Shown: positions 62,117 to 64,000 of the stretch, piece after piece
How the letters are laid out: each line of letters starts with the position of its first letter
Position numbering within the stretch: the first letter of the stretch is position 1
Source of the DNA: Zootoca vivipara
Taxonomy: Eukaryota
Assembly: GCF_963506605.1 (NCBI RefSeq)
Contig: NC_083282.1
Span: 21,700,001 to 21,764,000 of the forward strand
Direction of reading: 5' to 3'
DNA length: 64,000 bases
Translations under genes and position numbers: made by a program
Notes under the pieces: generated by a model
What the model saw: the letters and a program-made list of their open reading frames with translations, nothing else
What the model was told of the DNA's origin: nothing
The model's database searches: none

Positions 62117-62913
62117 GTGAGATTAGTGGGTTTTTCTCTCTCTTATTTGCCACTTAAATGTTAGTTTTTGGTGTCCTTCAAGCCATGCTTAAATGTCAGT
62201 GTTTGCTTCTAATCTTTCTAAAATCTGAGATTGTGTAGGAAGAATTTTTTTCCCCTCAGATCACAACTCCTTACACTGCTTTGGAAATCTGATCCTGAAG
62301 TTCCCCTTGCTTTTGAGTGGCTTGCTAGGCCAGAGAGTTCCTTGTTATTAACACGAGCTACTTTTGTGAATACCATGGTTGGGATCCAAAGACCCATGTG
62401 TACACATAAAATGCTTCCTTGCTTGCACAGGTGGAAAGTTGAAGCTTTCTCCCTTCCTTGTATATCTCCCATGTCACATCAAATATAACTGCATCTTTAG
62501 GCATAGCTTTTGGGAAGGGGGGGTAGGATGTGAGGTTCTTGAAAAACCTGGTGTATGTGGAGCTCAATGTGTATGGCCTTTTGGATCCCTGCCCATAAAC
62601 GTAACATACGTCTGAAGAAAATAAAGCCCTGTTGAAGTCATAATTTGTATTAATACAATGACCATAATAATGACTTACTAGAGTCTGGCAACGTATGAAA
62701 AAATAATTTGTTTATTGCTTTGCTGGGCACATTTGCAATATGAACACATCTTTTAGATTAGCTGCCAGTAAAATTTAGACTGAAAGATTTTGTCAATTTA
62801 TCGAAAGAAAATTGCCATCAAATGTTCCACCCCAAACACTGAACAGATTAGAAATTACAATACTGGATTCAATAGAAGAAACACTGAAATGAATAATTTG
62901 TTTTGTTTTCCAG

Positions 62914-63130
62914 CCATGAGCCATCTGAACGGACAGAAAATGTATGGAAAGATTATTCGTGTGACTCTTTCCAAACACCAGACAGTTCAGCTACCTCGAG
63001 AAGGGCTTGATGACCAAGGACTGACTAAAGACTTTGGCAATTCACCTCTTCATCGCTTCAAGAAGCCTGGGTCAAAAAACTTTCAGAATATTTTCCCTCC
63101 ATCTGCAACTCTTCATTTATCTAATATCCC
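62914..63130 (+). CDS. PTBP2: PTBP2 exon 12 (RRM3 end, RRM4 start)
   Basis: [73 protein letters not shown]; ttttccag| ... CCC|gtaagt; 217 nt. Confidence 0.98.
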
Positions 63131-63227
63131 GTAAGTGTGGGGAACACGGCTGAAAGATTCATAAAAGATCCAAACGTTAGCTTCTAATCGTCTCTCTCTT
63201 CTCCCCTTTGTCCCCCTTTTTGTTTAG

Positions 63228-63305
63228 ACCATCAGTATCCGAAGATGACCTACGCATGCTGTTTGCTAATACTGGGGGAACTGTGAAAGCATTTAAATTT
63301 TTTCA
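63228..63305 (+). CDS. PTBP2: PTBP2 exon 13 (RRM4)
   Basis: [26 protein letters not shown]; tgtttag| ... TCA|gtaagc; 78 nt. Confidence 0.97.
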
Positions 63306-63430
63306 GTAAGCATGTTTTCTTTGAAACTTCATTTAAAACGAGAGAGCAGCTGCCTTTGGTAAGAACAAGGTTTATGTTACAATTTTCTAGTGCTGTTTTG
63401 GTATCTAATTTTATTGCTTTGTTCCAGAAG

Positions 63431-63560
63431 AGATCACAAGATGGCTCTTCTTCAGATGTCAACAGTAGAAGAAGCTATCCAGGCTTTGATTGATCTGCAT
63501 AATTACAATCTTGGAGAAAATCATCATCTGAGAGTTTCTTTTTCCAAATCAACCATTTGA
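63431..63560 (+). CDS. PTBP2: PTBP2 exon 14 coding part (RRM4 end, TGA stop); NAGNAG alternative start at 63428 adds Arg
   Basis: [42 protein letters not shown]; acceptor ttc-cag-aag|. Confidence 0.96.
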
Positions 63561-64000
63561 AGTGCAAGATCAAAATAATAAGGTTGTATCACGTTGTTTA
63601 GTGTTGTCATCTATGACTGTTCGGGAAAGCGGGGACCAGAGATGGACATCTGTTTTTCATGCTGTTACCATTCCTTGATTGTTTATGTATAAATGAAAAC
63701 AAAAAAGGATTTACAAGGAAGAAGCAGTGGTATTATCTGCTGGTTTTACATATGTTTATGAAAGGATTTTGTTTAAAAAGGGATTCTGAGGAAATCCCAT
63801 AGTTTTTCAACTTAGTTAACATACGTGCCTTAAAAAAGGAAAACCTAGAGTTGCTAGAATTGCATTTACTAGTTTAAAAAATTGGTTGTCTGGGGCACAT
63901 TGTTACATGGGAATTAATGGGTGCAATCCAGTAAACATTAGGTTTGCCTACATCCCATTGAAATCTATTGATTTTTTAAAGCATTGATTTCAGAGGGACA
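63561..64000 (+). promoter_or_regulatory. PTBP2: PTBP2 3'UTR (partial) with miRNA seed sites
   Basis: GGGGACCA at 63631-63638 (miR-133 complement), CATTCC at 63669-63674 (miR-1/206 6mer), CGTGCCTTA at 63824-63832 (miR-124 8mer). No AATAAA seen before the window ends. Confidence 0.85.

Larger units (their letters stand above)
17940..64000 (+). other. PTBP2: PTBP2 gene (14 coding exons, one hidden in an assembly gap); TSS approximate; 3'UTR runs off the window
   Basis: The spliced exons translate to [34 protein letters not shown]...[12 protein letters not shown], recognisably vertebrate PTBP2. Exon lengths 8,31,76,173,144,165,111,196,140,(34),93,217,78,130 sum to 1596 nt = 531 aa plus stop. 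Confidence 0.98.

Noticed and set aside
18038-63430. Intronic snoRNA or miRNA genes
   Set aside because: I recognised no convincing box C/D, H/ACA or known miRNA hairpin by eye. An Rfam/Infernal scan would be needed to exclude them.

Overview
This is vertebrate genomic DNA from a squamate, most likely a lacertid lizard, judging by two Sauria SINEs and squamate-type CR1/L2/MITE repeats. It is not prokaryotic, and nearly all ORFs in the supplied track are spurious. The window holds one protein-coding gene, PTBP2 (neural polypyrimidine tract-binding protein, four RRMs), on the + strand. It runs from a CpG-island promoter at ~17.7-18.5 kb (ATG 18030) to the stop at 63558-63560 and into the 3'UTR. 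Thirteen of the 14 coding exons are visible with GT-AG boundaries. The 34-nt AS-NMD switch exon 10 is not visible. Intron phase arithmetic and flanking signals place it in the N-gap at 61369-61661. With it, the CDS is 1596 nt (531 aa). The gene's post-transcriptional control elements can be read directly: a distant branch point with an AG-exclusion zone, a CU-rich tract, RBFOX motifs, a skip-induced premature stop, tandem acceptors at exons 9 and 14, and miR-124/miR-133 seed sites. The remainder is intergenic or intronic sequence with nested transposons and candidate enhancers. I found no convincing new multi-gene system. The most novel leads are candidate unannotated exons in introns 8 and 9, a TCF/LEF motif cluster upstream of the gene, and a nested fold-back insertion.
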